A stretch of DNA of 51,822 bases, the filler included, from Sphacelaria rigidula (taxonomy: Eukaryota): assembly GCA_964200075.2 (NCBI GenBank). It is 3 parts of 3 records of this genome, joined end to end, with 100 filler letters (N's around TTAATTAATTAA, not from the genome) between each part and the next. Parts side by side here need not be neighbours in the genome. Positions count along the whole stretch, not along the records: positions 1 to 17,210 come from CAXNAA020001141.1; 2 more parts are not named here. The stretch is one strand, 5' to 3'. This document shows positions 1 to 11,943 of this stretch, piece by piece. Under the pieces are notes generated by a model, which did no database searches, was not told the origin of the DNA, and saw nothing but the letters and a program-made list of their open reading frames with translations. The position numbers were made by a program, and so were the translations under genes. Numbering within the stretch: the stretch's first letter is position 1; each line of letters begins with the position of its first letter.

Positions 1-115
1 AAAACAGGCTCCTGTGTTGACCCTCCTCCTGTGTGACCCCGGCTGGTGCGCCCACATATACCGAAAGGTGTAGGCCGGCGTCCAGAATAGATGGGACGAT
101 AACACAACACACATA
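1..115 (+). mobile_element. 3' end of tRNA-derived SINE (family A), abutting/truncating the Gypsy integrase remnant
   Basis: ctcctgtgttgaccctcctcctgtgtgaccccggctggtgcgcccacatataccgaaaggtg...gggacgataacacaacacac matches the 3' halves of the fuller copies at 24814-25172 (-) and 39408-39722 (+). Confidence 0.75.
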
Positions 116-2337
116 TCTGCATTGTTCTAACGTAATTTGTTTTCTACCCTCATTGATCTCCGAATTGTGACCCCAGGCTACTGCTCAACCCTCGAGCGTT
201 TGGCTAGGACGCTCGAACAGTCTGTTGAACAGTCACATCCGTTTCTGGAAACGGTTTTTATTTGTTTTCGTTTCCTTGCTCGTTCGCTCCTTCTCGTAGA
301 GCTTGAACCGAAATTTCAAATCCTAACCGTAGGTTTTTTCGTGTTTGTTTGGAAATTCTCCGGGTGTTGCGGCTTTTGCTGGATGCCAAATGAGGTAAAA
401 CTCTATCGATGAAAGTTCTGGCTATCGACGTGGCCTGCTCGTTTGGTACCGGGATGAGAAAGGCATACCCTGCGAGGTGGACCATCACGGACAGTACCTA
501 TCTACATAGTACTCCGGCTCTTGACATCGAAGCTGTTTGGTATTCGACTAGGTCTGCCGACGTCATATCGTACGGCCGTCCTACCGGAACGTGCCCCATC
601 GGCAACTTTTGGTCGGTTGACTGACAGCTCTCGGTCACTTTACACCGGCTTCAAACGGTCGATCTTCTCAGCGGATGTATTGGATATGATGCTGTGGTTC
701 AACTGTTTGTAACGCGGGGTCTTCTGGTACGCTACGGCATATTGGCGTGAGCAACGACTTAATTTCTGCTTCTTGTCGCTTTTCAAACGCAAACAGCCGT
801 GAGAGGGTGTCCAGAACAACATAAAGTTTCTCCGGTTTTTGTCTCATATTATTGTTATTACTATGAAATTTCTCCGGTTTCTCGTCTCTTGTATTAAGGT
901 GATATAGCTTAAAATGGTATTGCGTTTTGGGTTCACATCTCAGCTGATTTTATTCGTCGCCGACCACGTGCATGCTGTCCTTGCAACAATGACGCACGTG
1001 ACTGCTTGAGGTACATTGGCGATCGAGTGTCTTCTTCGGTTATCATGCGCGGCTCCACGAGAGCTGCTGTTGGTGTTGACGGGATATTTTCCGTTCCAAC
1101 TAGGACTGCGGTTTCACTTTGTGGTGGCACACTGCAGTTTTTGTGAAAAACTGCAACAGGGTTGGAGCATTTCACACCGACTATAGAACAGTGTGTTGTT
1201 TTTTGTGAGCCCTGTTGTGTTCGTTGCGATGCTTTGATTTTTATACTGGAATCACCGAATGTCCGCTCTTCCGTCTGCCAGTCGAGTACAAAGTATAGCT
1301 TTGAAAGCACTCATAATGGAGTTGTCTAGTAATAGACATTTCGGTCCCAGAGTAGGGGATACGAAAGCTTCTGCTAGCCGAGTTTTTCATTCCCAACGTA
1401 AGCTCCAAACGACTGAACCCTAGGATTTTATGGGGGAGCCGTCTGCGCTTCTGAGATCCATGGATCCCGGCGGTGAACATTTTGCTGATACATGGTACAT
1501 CTGCTGCGGAATCGGTTGCAATTATATTCCGCGGGGTACCATCCACTCTGGCTGCGACTCTAACGCGTACTGGTGTACAGGATAACGCTGAGAGCGTATC
1601 TGTATACCTGGAGTAGCGATGATGCTTTGTATGCGTCATAACAACGGTGATTGTCCAAGATCGGGTTGAAAAAGGAAGACTGGTGGTTCGATTTGGCATC
1701 AACAGCCCCTGCTTATAACATTGTTGTTTTTTCCGGCTGCCGGTTAAAGATGTGTCGGCGCGGAATGTAACGATACCGATTCATTGGGGTACGGCGCAGA
1801 ATATACCATGATGAGAGCTCCAACAAGTTGAACTTCATTTTCGACGATGATGGCCCTTTGTGTGGTGTATTGCGTTTTCCACGGCTGCTCCAAAGGCTGC
1901 TTAGGAACCAACTCTCATCGTGCTTTTCCTAGCTTTTGCTCGTAGAATGTACTTTCATATCACAACGGAGGGTTGTTTTGGTGCCCCTCTGAAGGAGTTA
2001 CTGTACTGACTAGGAAACCCGCTTCTCTCCGATATTGTTTTACCAGATGGTTGACACTTTTCTCCATTTCATGCGTACTGAGATATTAAATATTAAACTT
2101 TCTGTAGCTTTCTGCTCCTCTCGATCTGTGAGCTGGGATGCGGTAAGACCATCCCATACACCTCGCTCTTCCGCTTGCTAAATGGTAGGGAATTACAAGG
2201 GCGTGCATTTGCAGGTTGGGTACATTTTGTGTGTTTTAGTGCTAGTTCGAGTCACCACGTTTCCAGAGATCGGCCTGCTTGAATAATTGCCGTATCTTTC
2301 GCACTATGGTGGTGAAAGGTTGGTTGATAAGTGTGGC

Positions 2338-2526
2338 TTCGCTGTTTAATTAGCCACTCCGGTGACATATAATGCACGCTGATAAGACTAATTTCGCGTT
2401 TTCGCTGTTTGACTGGCCATACAGGTGACATATACTACACCCTGAGGAGTCTAACCTCACGTTTAGCTGTTTGATTAGTCATGTGGGTGACATATGAATG
2501 CACATTGAGGGGACTAATTTCGCGTT
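2338..2526. repeat. Three ~63-bp (21-codon) tandem units inside the gag region
   Basis: Units start ttcgctgttt(a/g)a at 2338 and 2401 and ttagctgtttga at ~2463; each contains ggtgacatat. Confidence 0.8.
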
Positions 2527-2711
2527 GACCCAAGCACATAACTCAATAACCTCTCAACTCGAATAATTATGCACATGACCCATACATTTCCCCTGGAGTA
2601 GCGTTCCTTGGAGGGCCCTAGTGTTTCCGGTGCCGGGGAGCAGTCGGTTCTTGTTCTAGGTTTTTACTTGTAGGGCTTGTCTTGCCTGAGGTATTTCTCT
2701 GGTGTCCCCAA

Positions 2712-3094
2712 TGTGAGGAAGGCGTATCGCTAGAGTAGACAGAGACCTAGATTGGAGACTACCGTCCTGATGCCGAAGGAACTCCAAGGCTGGTGATGAT
2801 TTTCTCTTGTATATGTAGACAAGAAGGGGGTCAGACGAGAAGTCGCCAAGGGCGACCAGTTCCTCGGGGGATGTTGGACCGTCTAATATTAGGCTCTTCC
2901 TGGCATCACCCCGAGTAGTCTAGTGTTCGTTGGCATAACAGGGTCCTCGGTAATCTGGTCCTTCCGGACCGTTCCTGCCTTGTCCCTGCTTGTGCTGATT
3001 TTTCACACACGTGTGGCATCCGTCTCTGATATGTCACTGTAAAGAGGTGTCTCCCACACCTGCGCGGTGTTCGTGCACGGATAGGGTGTTGACA
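2712..3094 (-). repeat. Candidate 5' LTR (~383 bp) of the Gypsy element
   Basis: TGT...ACA termini, immediately followed on the minus strand by T-TGG (PBS start) at 2711-2697 and then gag. The partner LTR is not in the window. Confidence 0.55.
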
Positions 3095-4865
3095 CAGCAC
3101 ACATTACATTACGGGGGAAACATAATATGTTGGTGAGCGGATTACGTCGACATATGCAAAAATCTATCCAACACTTGCTTGAAGCTGTTGCCTTACCCTT
3201 TTTCCTTCAGGGGAGAAAAACTGCAGAATCTTCGATCGACTATTTACGTGAACTCGCCACTCACTCAACTTTGCGATACTGCCCGTGTCATGGACGTCTA
3301 GTTGTTGCGGTGTTTCTCGTATTCATAGGGAAACGAGTGCACGGATGGCCTAGAGGATATGGCACCTGCTGATGCGCGACAACAGTCCATAGTGTATCTG
3401 GTTAACCAGATTCTGCTACTGCTACAGGTACGCGAAAATAAAACGTCGTGATGGTCATGACCGCATTGAAGCCCAAGCTGACGGTGGTCTCGAACTGCCT
3501 GCACGGACGGACGTCTCGCCTCATGTACGAATGTAGAAGATGTTGTTTGAACAGAGAATATATGTCATCTCTTGACCTCGACTACGTTGAAACGGATTTC
3601 ACTCATTCCCGGCTAGGACACCGAGTCATGACGGTCGATTTATCCACCCACTGTTCGTTTCAAACAAAGAGTTGTGCGCAGGTAGGCGAACCGTCACGGC
3701 AGCTACACCAAGTAGCTGTCCGATTTGGCCACAAATCGGTGCCAAACATGTCTACGTGTCAGTCTACATCGAGTCTTATAATTCACGGCACATTTTCCTG
3801 CCGCCATGAGCACGGGTGGTGACACCCGTGCCCCCTGCTCCACTCTTCCCGTCGGTGTTCTCATGTCAAGAAGTTTCTTCTGCACTTCGAAGTGCACTCA
3901 GCCCCTGATATCGTAACGGAGAAGGAGCATGACTAAAAGTCGGTTCTCAGCTCTACAGTGGTTCCCATTTCTGCTGTTCACAACAAATTGTGCGAATTGA
4001 TCCCGCTCCGCCACTTCTGAGCGTTTGTTCCTACCCGCATGTCAGTGAGCACGCGTGCTCGTACCGCCTCTCAAAGACCTAAGGTGCTATTGGCACCGAC
4101 ACTCGCGACCTGTAACAGTACAACCTGGGTCTGCGCATGAACAAAATTATTTTCACATCAAGCACTACTATTTCCATTGAGAGCATAGTGCAAACAAAAA
4201 CCGTTTTGCAACAGTTGAATCTCCTGTTACCTACGGCATCACATCGAACGAGCTCCTCCTACGGTGTAGCTGTCGACTTCCTGTGCGGTCTGGTTCTCAA
4301 GCGCGCCCCCCAACGCCCCTTGTTTGTCTGTATGCGTCACAGCTCGCCCTGCTCTTGGCACTATTCCTCAAGCCTCTCGTGGTCATCGGGTCGGTGCGAA
4401 ACCGGTCGGCGATGGTAGTATACAGACGAGTTTTTGTACGCAACGCGGTGTGCACCGCGGTAATGATGGCTGTGCTCGTGCCTGCGGCGAGCTTTGCGTA
4501 CGCAGAGATCAGTCCGACAATGGAGATGCCGGTGAGTCCTTTTAGAGGTACCTATCTGCAATGTGGCACAAGGGAATAGTGTACATGAGCACGCGGGTAT
4601 AACACACCAAGTGTCTCCGAGAAACATGAGAATATCTGTGAACGAGTGCGAACAATAGTGCCTCTGCAAAAGAGATCTGACTGTGTATCTCGAGTGTAAC
4701 ACGGATAAATGCCCGTATCGAATCCTTGTACCGTGATGGATGAATGCTCGTATCGCTTTCTTACACCGTGATGGTAGACCTGATGACAAGAGGTATATCC
4801 GGATAACAGCGAGGGTAGGGAATTTCGTAGTAGCGCTATCTGGTGAGAGCCAATTGACCGAGTCA

Positions 4866-7199
4866 TCCACATCCTGGACAATAGACGGCATCTGTTGCAA
4901 TAGCAGTGAAATCTGCTGCAGTAGATGCCAATATTTTCGTCCGTAATGGCCATCGATCGGCAAGTTTCTCTTTCCTTTGTCGTCGGCAATGTCTGTCGAT
5001 AGACCAGTTCCCCAGACTTTTGTCCGGGCAGCAGCCTTTTGTGTCCCTACACCGAAATCTATTGCGGCCGATCAAATGTATCGATCGATATTTTCCCCAA
5101 TCTATTGATGATAGGATGCGATAGACCACGTGCCAAATCCTTTGACGATGACGATGGCTATTGGCAGATTGCATACCAAATCTATGAATGGCGGAAATCG
5201 CTATCGTTAGATTGCGTACAAAATCTGTGCACGCTGGCAATGAATATCGATAAATACATACCAGAATCTAGAATGTAGTATACAATGCCTACCGATAGAT
5301 GTTATTTGTCGCCTTTTGCCACATCTACATTACAACATACCATTTATAGAGTATATTTGACTCTGTTCGAGTACGGTAGAGAAGTCGCAGGTGGACATGC
5401 AGTGGGTATTTAATGATACTACTTGTGAATATATGACGCCAGGTTTCTACAGTTTTGGAACCCCTTGTATTTTGTAGGAATCCGCAGTACGTGTGGACAA
5501 GAGTATACAGGTTTTGTTGTTGGTGTGGTGTTGGTACTTATGGTTGTCCCTGTGATGGACATGAGCGCTTACAGTACTTTAGTGCGTGGGTGAGATGCGC
5601 TCATACTTTGGACAAAAAACTATGTAATAGAACATTGGCGCTGCAGTAACCCCGAAGAAATGACTTTAAATTCGATGTTCGTTGTCAGGCATAATCGACT
5701 GGCATGCAATGTCTACCGATTACTTTTGTAGCCGAGAATAGATTCGGGACAAGGGGACAGAATGTATCATTGCCGTGACAATGGAGGGGCCAAGTTGTCT
5801 AGCGATACATTTTATTTCTTGCAATTAGCTCTAAATTGCGGCCACCAATGTCTATTAACAGCCGATTGTCGAAATTGAGGATGGAGCTTTTCATCAAGGA
5901 TGAGAACCCGGAGGATTAAGATCTTCGTCTGCACACCAAATCGCCGAAATATGGCTCTATTACTTCACCTACTGGTAGCTTTTGACAACTACTACACGCC
6001 ATAAAAAATTGGATTCCGATAGCTGAAATGGTGGGGTCCTAGGTGAAAAACTGATTTCGGGGAATTTCGGCGATCCGATCGGATGACCTAAATTCCCCGA
6101 ATTTGTTTCTCCGTCTGGGACCCCAACATTTCCGTTATCGAAATCCATATTCGTATGGCGTATAGCAGTTGTCAATAGCTACCAGTGGGTGAAGTAGTGG
6201 AACCATATTTCGACGATTTGGTGTGGATACGAAGGTTTTAATCCTCCGGGTTCTCATCCTCAACAAAAAGGTTTATCCTCAAGTTCAATGATCGGGTGTT
6301 TATCGCCAATCACAATAGGATCCGCCACTCGGCCACCAATAAATATTGTTGGTCACAATAGGATCTAAATTGCGCCCACCAAAGTTTATTGAGGATCACA
6401 GTATCATCTGAATCAATCGCAGCCACCAATGTATATCGCTGGTCACAAGGTAATCTGAATCGCGGCCACCAATATCCATTACTGACCACAGAAGTAGCTG
6501 AAGGGCGTGGGTCACGAGCTATTTATGCACATTTTTCGGTGAATGCTTCCACCTTATTCCACAGAAGCTATGACCGGCTATTACCTTAGGTAGCTGCGTG
6601 GTCATGTGTGAGGGATATTGCCGTTGATATCATGAGACCACTGCAGTGAACAATATATTTTCCACAACCTATCGTTGGCACTACTGGCTATCAATAGGTG
6701 CTGCCGAGAACAATCAATCAGTGACGGCAATGACCATATTGATCGATACTCAAATATGCATGGTTGTCGGCAGCGGCTACCGATAGACGGCTCATCAAAT
6801 CTATTGACGACGGTTAATGGTATTGGTGTTGGTAGATGGGTCACCTAATCTATTGATGATGGTAGTGACTATCGAGGGATGGCTCACCAAATCTATTGAT
6901 GACGGCAATGACTATCGATGGATGGCTCACCATACGTATTGATTACGGCAATGGCTATGGAGATATATATCCGAGAATAAATTGCGGTACATGATTTCCA
7001 TCGATGGCGAGTGATCGTTTTATCTTGTTATTGCCATGGGCTATCAATCGACTATTGCAACATCTATTGTCCCTTGCAATACATACCAATAGATGTGTTT
7101 CACCATCTATCGTGTTCGATACTATATATCGATAAGTTTTCCCCCGTGTCCATTGCTGGAGCAATGGACTATTATTGTGTCCATTGTCCAGAGTGTGGA
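4866..7199. mobile_element. Non-autonomous TIR DNA transposon (~2.3 kb) rich in internal repeats
   Basis: Left end tccacatcctggacaatagac versus reverse complement of right end tccacactctggacaatggac. Internal ~41-bp units (gatggctcaccaaatctattgatgacggcaatgactatc, 6775-6960, related motifs 5095-5230) and ~45-bp units (gccaccaat...tcacaa, 6301-6500). No credible transposase ORF. Confidence 0.6.
5857..6300. mobile_element. Palindromic (foldback) MITE, copy 1, nested in the 4866-7199 element
   Basis: Imperfect ~220-bp arms around centre gatccgatcggatg (~6078), e.g. aggatgagaacccggaggattaa / ttaatcctccgggttctcatcct; homologous to 11308-11753. Confidence 0.85.
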
Positions 7200-8932
7200 A
7201 TCATCCCTCTTCCACAGCCTTTTTGCCTAGGACAATATTTCACAGCATTGCCTCAACACATGACATCTTACCCCCAGAACGAACGCTCATACGCTATGAC
7301 AGCAGCCACATGACGCGCCCATCCTCTAACCGCCAAACCGTGCAGGTGGACAACGCGCTTGAAATTTCTTACATGCTTTATCTGGTGTTGACGCTATATA
7401 TCACAGAGGTGAGTAATCGGCTCACTGGCCGTACAGATGTAGCCCGACCTGTAAAATTTGAATGGAAACTGGACTGAAATTGGGGGTGGTGGGTGACACC
7501 GTAACTCCCAAATCGCATGGGTAGCTCATGTAGCTCACGGATAATGAGCGGTCAAGTTCGCGATCAACATACTGGCGTGTGATCTCTTTCACGATAGCCC
7601 CCTTGCTACACTAATGATTCCCGTTTTGTCTGAAGTCAAAGCCCTTTCAGCGACAGTTCAGTCAATATTGGGCATCGTTCCGTCGAATCAGATGATTATA
7701 TCGTTGTCCATTCGATTTTCGATTATGTTGAGGGGGTGTTACAGGCACGTCGACGTGCGCTCACCGATGTAAGCGTATCATGTGATCGAGGTTTGTTTCG
7801 TAGGGGCTACGATTCGAGTCAATCTAAATAAGTGTATGGTTTTTATGGTTCTGAAACTTATAGACCGCAACCCACAACAGTACTGATGGTAGGCCAAATG
7901 TGTATGGCTAGTACGCCTTAGCACATACATGTTGTAACATTCGTTGGTCAACCTAACGCTGGTGTTCTCCGCAGCGATTCCCGGATGCTGGTTGCACACG
8001 ATACTCGGTCACGCACGTCTTTCGCACCGGCGTACCAGCAGTATGAAAAAAATGATTATTCATATATTCTAACGAAGTCGCTCCCGGGCCATGCCGCCGA
8101 GTAGTTATCCCCGTGATCCTTCGATCAAAGCGAATCATTTCTTGTTTTGTTTTATCAGGTGCCGTGTTCTGCGGCCAATCGATAGAATCACCCATGAAAA
8201 GTAATCTCGCACGTGGAGGGCACCCACGCTCCCATTCTGACGTATGTGCACTGCCGCCCGCCAAGCAGATCACAATTCCCTTCGGCTGCAGTAGTTGTAC
8301 CAAGACCTGCGCCAAAACCTGCAGCAGCGAGTGGGGAAAATCCTGGGCTAATGCCAGCACCACGCACCCGGATGCCGTAGCTACGACGGGTGGTTCGAAC
8401 GCGATGGTCCCTGCTTCGCCGTGCATGTTTGCCACGAGCATAACAGTCTAAGTGTACCCGGGCCAGATTGTTCCGTGTAAGGGAGGACTCTGTACAAGGA
8501 AGGTCAGGCAGTGAAGGGTCGGGGATATGACGGTGGTGTGAGCGTTCATATTTTCTCATTTTCTACTGTTTGTCCGAAGAATTACTGCAGAGAAGGCAGT
8601 CTATCGCGTGGTCGGTTTGATCAAGGGTCGGTGGAGTCATAAGTGCGTCTTTTACATCGTTGTGTAGAAAACTGTGCGAAGAGGAATGATACGCACTGAA
8701 GACTCACGACATTCCAAATCTCATCGTACTTCGCACCCCCCGACGGTGGATCGAGGTTCGTGTCGTATGTGTAGCTGGATCGCTTTTGCCGAAGCGATGT
8801 TCAAAGTAATGTTCTTCAGCCAGAGTATATACATATAGGTATTGCAGTACAGTACAAATATAAATGAGAACGTTCGTGCATATATATGTTCTTGACTTCA
8901 CAGTACGTAGGTGCAGGGCTCCCCAAAACTTC

Positions 8933-9345
8933 CAGGGGTCTACACGTTACACGTGACACTTAAACGTGACATATTCGAAAAAACGTAACCTAGGGTCATT
9001 CAACGCTACGTGAGGTTTGATTGTTTGGAAGGGACAAATGTAACGTAACGTGATGTAACGTGTGGTCCGTCGAATGGACCATCACGTAGCGTTTTACTTT
9101 CCAAATGTGACGAGAACTCTGCTTGTTTTTGTGAATTTTTAACGTGACACGTTACACGTTACAAATCCACAAAACAGACTCTTTTTAACATCTGGAAAAT
9201 TCCAAGAGACGCTGCTTCAGGAACCATACGTTACATCACGTCACGTCAAATTTGTCCCGTTCAAAAACTATAACCTTACGTAGCGTTAAATGGCGTAAAG
9301 TTACGTTTTTTCAAATGTTTCACGTGTGTCACGTGTATATCCCTG
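8933..9345. mobile_element. MITE with long imperfect TIRs, CAGGG...CCCTG ends (hAT-like termini)
   Basis: caggggtctacacgt... / ...acgtgtatatccctg; arm pairs gggacaaat/atttgtccc, cgctacgt/acgtagcg, gtgatgtaacg/cgttacatcac; many ACGT motifs. No clear TSD. Confidence 0.7.
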
Positions 9346-10104
9346 AAACCGTTTGGTTGAAATTGACCATCCACGTGTGAGGAATTCAACAAGGAATGTT
9401 TGAAGTAATAACGCCTGTATATAAAACCTTTTGTAGGACACGTGGTGTTTTGTGTGTATGAGATACCACTGACGTTTGTGTTTTGCTACACAGAACATAA
9501 CGAACGGGGCGACTGAATCAGGTCTCAGGGCGCACCCTTATAACGAAACCCGGTCCATTTTGTGGTATCTACCATTTGACTCTAGTATCGAGCTCGCTCT
9601 GTTCTTGACTACATTTCTTATGCAAAAAAATTTGAACCGCACGCGGAACTGCATTAATCCCGGGCGCTTGGTTCATTTGGGGCTATTGGGGTGTCATCCT
9701 AGGTGGACATTCGGCTGGTGGTGCACCAGATGGATGCGTGGGAGAGTACTTTTGTCATCTGTGCGGGTATATTACTGAACTCAGGGGTGCAGAAAAAGAT
9801 AAATCCAAATTTCTATACTATGTGTGTGTTGGTGGTTGAAATCGGCCAGCGCTGTTGTGTACACACGCGGCCACTCGACTAGCCTCGAAAATCCTCTTGT
9901 AGATTTTTGAAACGCCTACCAACATGTCATCCGTTTTGAACCACCCCGCTATAGGATCTCGAGCATTCGCAATCCCTTAGAGGGTTCCCAATATCGGAGT
10001 CTCACCCTGGAGGGTTTCCAACGTTGGGGTCTTCCCCGAGGGTTTGTGTCACTATCGAAGTGCTCGGGATTGTTTGTGAAGGCACCAGTGCAGTAGAAAT
10101 CATT

Positions 10105-10350
10105 TACTGGGTACTGTATATAGGGGATGTGTACAGCGAAAAGTGTTTCAAAATAACCTCGTTTTGCCCAATTTCAATTGACAAAACGGGGATGTATTTG
10201 GGACAGACTGCTGTACAAATCCCCCTGCTGTACAAATCCCATATATACTGATAACACAGTACAGTATGTGAAGTTTGTACAGCAGAGGCTGTTTGAAATA
10301 AATCCTCGTTTCCAACAGCCCCCGCTGTAAAAATCCCATTTACTGGCTGC
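10105..10350. repeat. Short foldback/tandem element with ctgtacaaatccc motifs
   Basis: ggggatgtgtacagc...aaataacctcgttttg / caaaacggggatgtattt...gctgtacaaatcccc inverted pair centred ~10172, plus partial direct repeats. Confidence 0.5.
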
Positions 10351-11307
10351 CAGAATATATACACTCGGCCATATAATATAGCAACATGCGGAGATGTTTG
10401 TTTACCACATGCACGCCACAGGCTCATACATCATCCGACGAAACGACCGTAGTTCAGAGTCTACCAAAATTGCAACTTGAATCAGGTCGGGACAAAAGCC
10501 GTAAAAATGGTGGAAAAAACAGCTTGCCGTACATCAAAAGCGACTGAAAAGCTCGGTCGAGATGAAAAAAGTCGTAAAAATGGTGGAGGATCACAATTTT
10601 CAATGAATTAAAGCAAAGTGTATGGTGGATATTTTCAACACTTTGGAGTCTGGACTACGCCGGGTGATCTTCCGAGGGGTACCTACAAAGGTGGAAGCTG
10701 CAAGCAAAGGAACAGGTGTATCTGGCTGTTGCTTTGTAGAATGGCCGTTCACATATTACTATGAAGTCCCCCGAGGATTGTTGCATCAGCTTTCACTGCG
10801 AGTCGTCCATGGTTGGCGCACAGAGGACACACGTTCCCTTCAGAGGCTTGCATTTTAAGTACGTAAGTACTCTGGAGGCGAATATGCACACAACAAGAGG
10901 ATGTTTCACCAATATTTCCTCGAGAGTCGACAAAGTGCCGTAGAGTGTCATGAGGTCCCACCATCAACGCCAATGTGATGAACACGTGTACACTCGCTTG
11001 TGTATCCGCACGACGCAGCCCTCAACTATTTTGGTCGACAATAGCATTCGAACTTGTCTGCACTGAATTCTTGTACACGTGTACTTGTGCTGGCTCGCAT
11101 ACAATCTCGTGAAGATCGGAATGTGAACTGGATTTCGGATACAGTACGAAAGTGGACCAGTCAGCAACGCGGGGTTGTAGCGTAACATATGTACCGTATA
11201 TGTCACAAAACATGCTCCCCGCGGTTCGTGATTTCGTGCTACGTTGGAGTGGATGTTTGCATAAGCAGCTCGGAAGAAGCGTGCATCGTATGGTGTGAGT
11301 ATGATTG

Positions 11308-11753
11308 AACACGGGATCTTACAAATTGGGGATGGATATTTTATTGGGGATGAGAAACCCGGACAAAACGAATCTTCGCACCCATACCAAATCTTCGAAA
11401 TATTGTCCCATTTCTTCACCTACTGATATATATTGACAAGTGCTACACGCCATAAACATTTGGATTTCGATCACCAAAATGTTGGGTTCCTAGGTGAAAA
11501 ACCTATTTCGGAACCATTTTGGCGTCCGTTCGGACACCCGGAATTCCCCAATATTCGTTTTTTACCTGGGACCCCCACATTTCGGTGATCGAAATCCAAG
11601 TTTCTATGGCGTGTAGCAGTTGTCACTAGCTATCAGTAGGTGAAACAATGGAATAATATTTCGAAGATTTGATGTGTATACACGAAGATTTTACTTCTCC
11701 GGATTTCTCATCTCCAATAAAAGATCCATCTCCAATTCGTAAGATCCCGTGTT
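11308..11753. mobile_element. Palindromic (foldback) MITE, copy 2
   Basis: Perfect termini aacacgggatcttac...gtaagatcccgtgtt; arms pair throughout (tggatttcgatcacc/ggtgatcgaaatcca; ttcacctactgata/tatcagtaggtgaa); same family as 5857-6300. Confidence 0.88.
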
Positions 11754-11943
11754 AGTGACGAGTCACGGGTATAGAAGAGATACATACAAGCAGATATTAC
11801 ACGTACCCCTCTGACGAAAACCCCTCGTGTACGAGGCTGTCAATTACTCCAGCGATTAGAGAGCTTTGCAGACACGTGAATAGCAAGAGATCTAAGGTTG
11901 AGAACTCATTACAAGCAGTAAGAAGCAGAGGGACGTGTGATCA

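Larger units (their letters stand above)
200..3094 (-). mobile_element. Degenerate, internally deleted Ty3/Gypsy-type LTR retrotransposon (5' LTR, PBS, gag, protease, integrase; no RT/RNaseH seen)
   Basis: Minus-strand order: LTR 3094-2712 (TGTCA...TCACA), PBS-like TTGGGGACACC, gag region with degenerate knuckle SSTCWSSHHGIFC (~1790-1840), protease-like IIATDSAADVPCISK (~1480-1530), then frameshifted integrase core KLPMGHVPVGRPYDMTSADLVEY...YVLSVMVHLAGYAFLIPVPNEQATSIARTFIDRV (~390-610). Gypsy rather than Copia is judged from the integrase and protease motif style, since RT is absent. Confidence 0.7.

Noticed and set aside
3100-8700. Further retroelement remnants flanking the TIR element (chromodomain-like KYCPRQKGCG on the minus strand ~7215-7245; agggggTGTTACA at ~7731-7743)
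   Set aside because: Too degenerate to assign boundaries or family by eye.
11801-11880. Hammerhead-like CTGACGA + hairpin (cctcgtgtacgagg); similar partial cores at ~36788 (GTGATGA...CGAAA) and ~51680 (minus)
   Set aside because: Each lacks an essential core element (GAAA or the C of CUGA) and clear stems I/III; at most dead relics.
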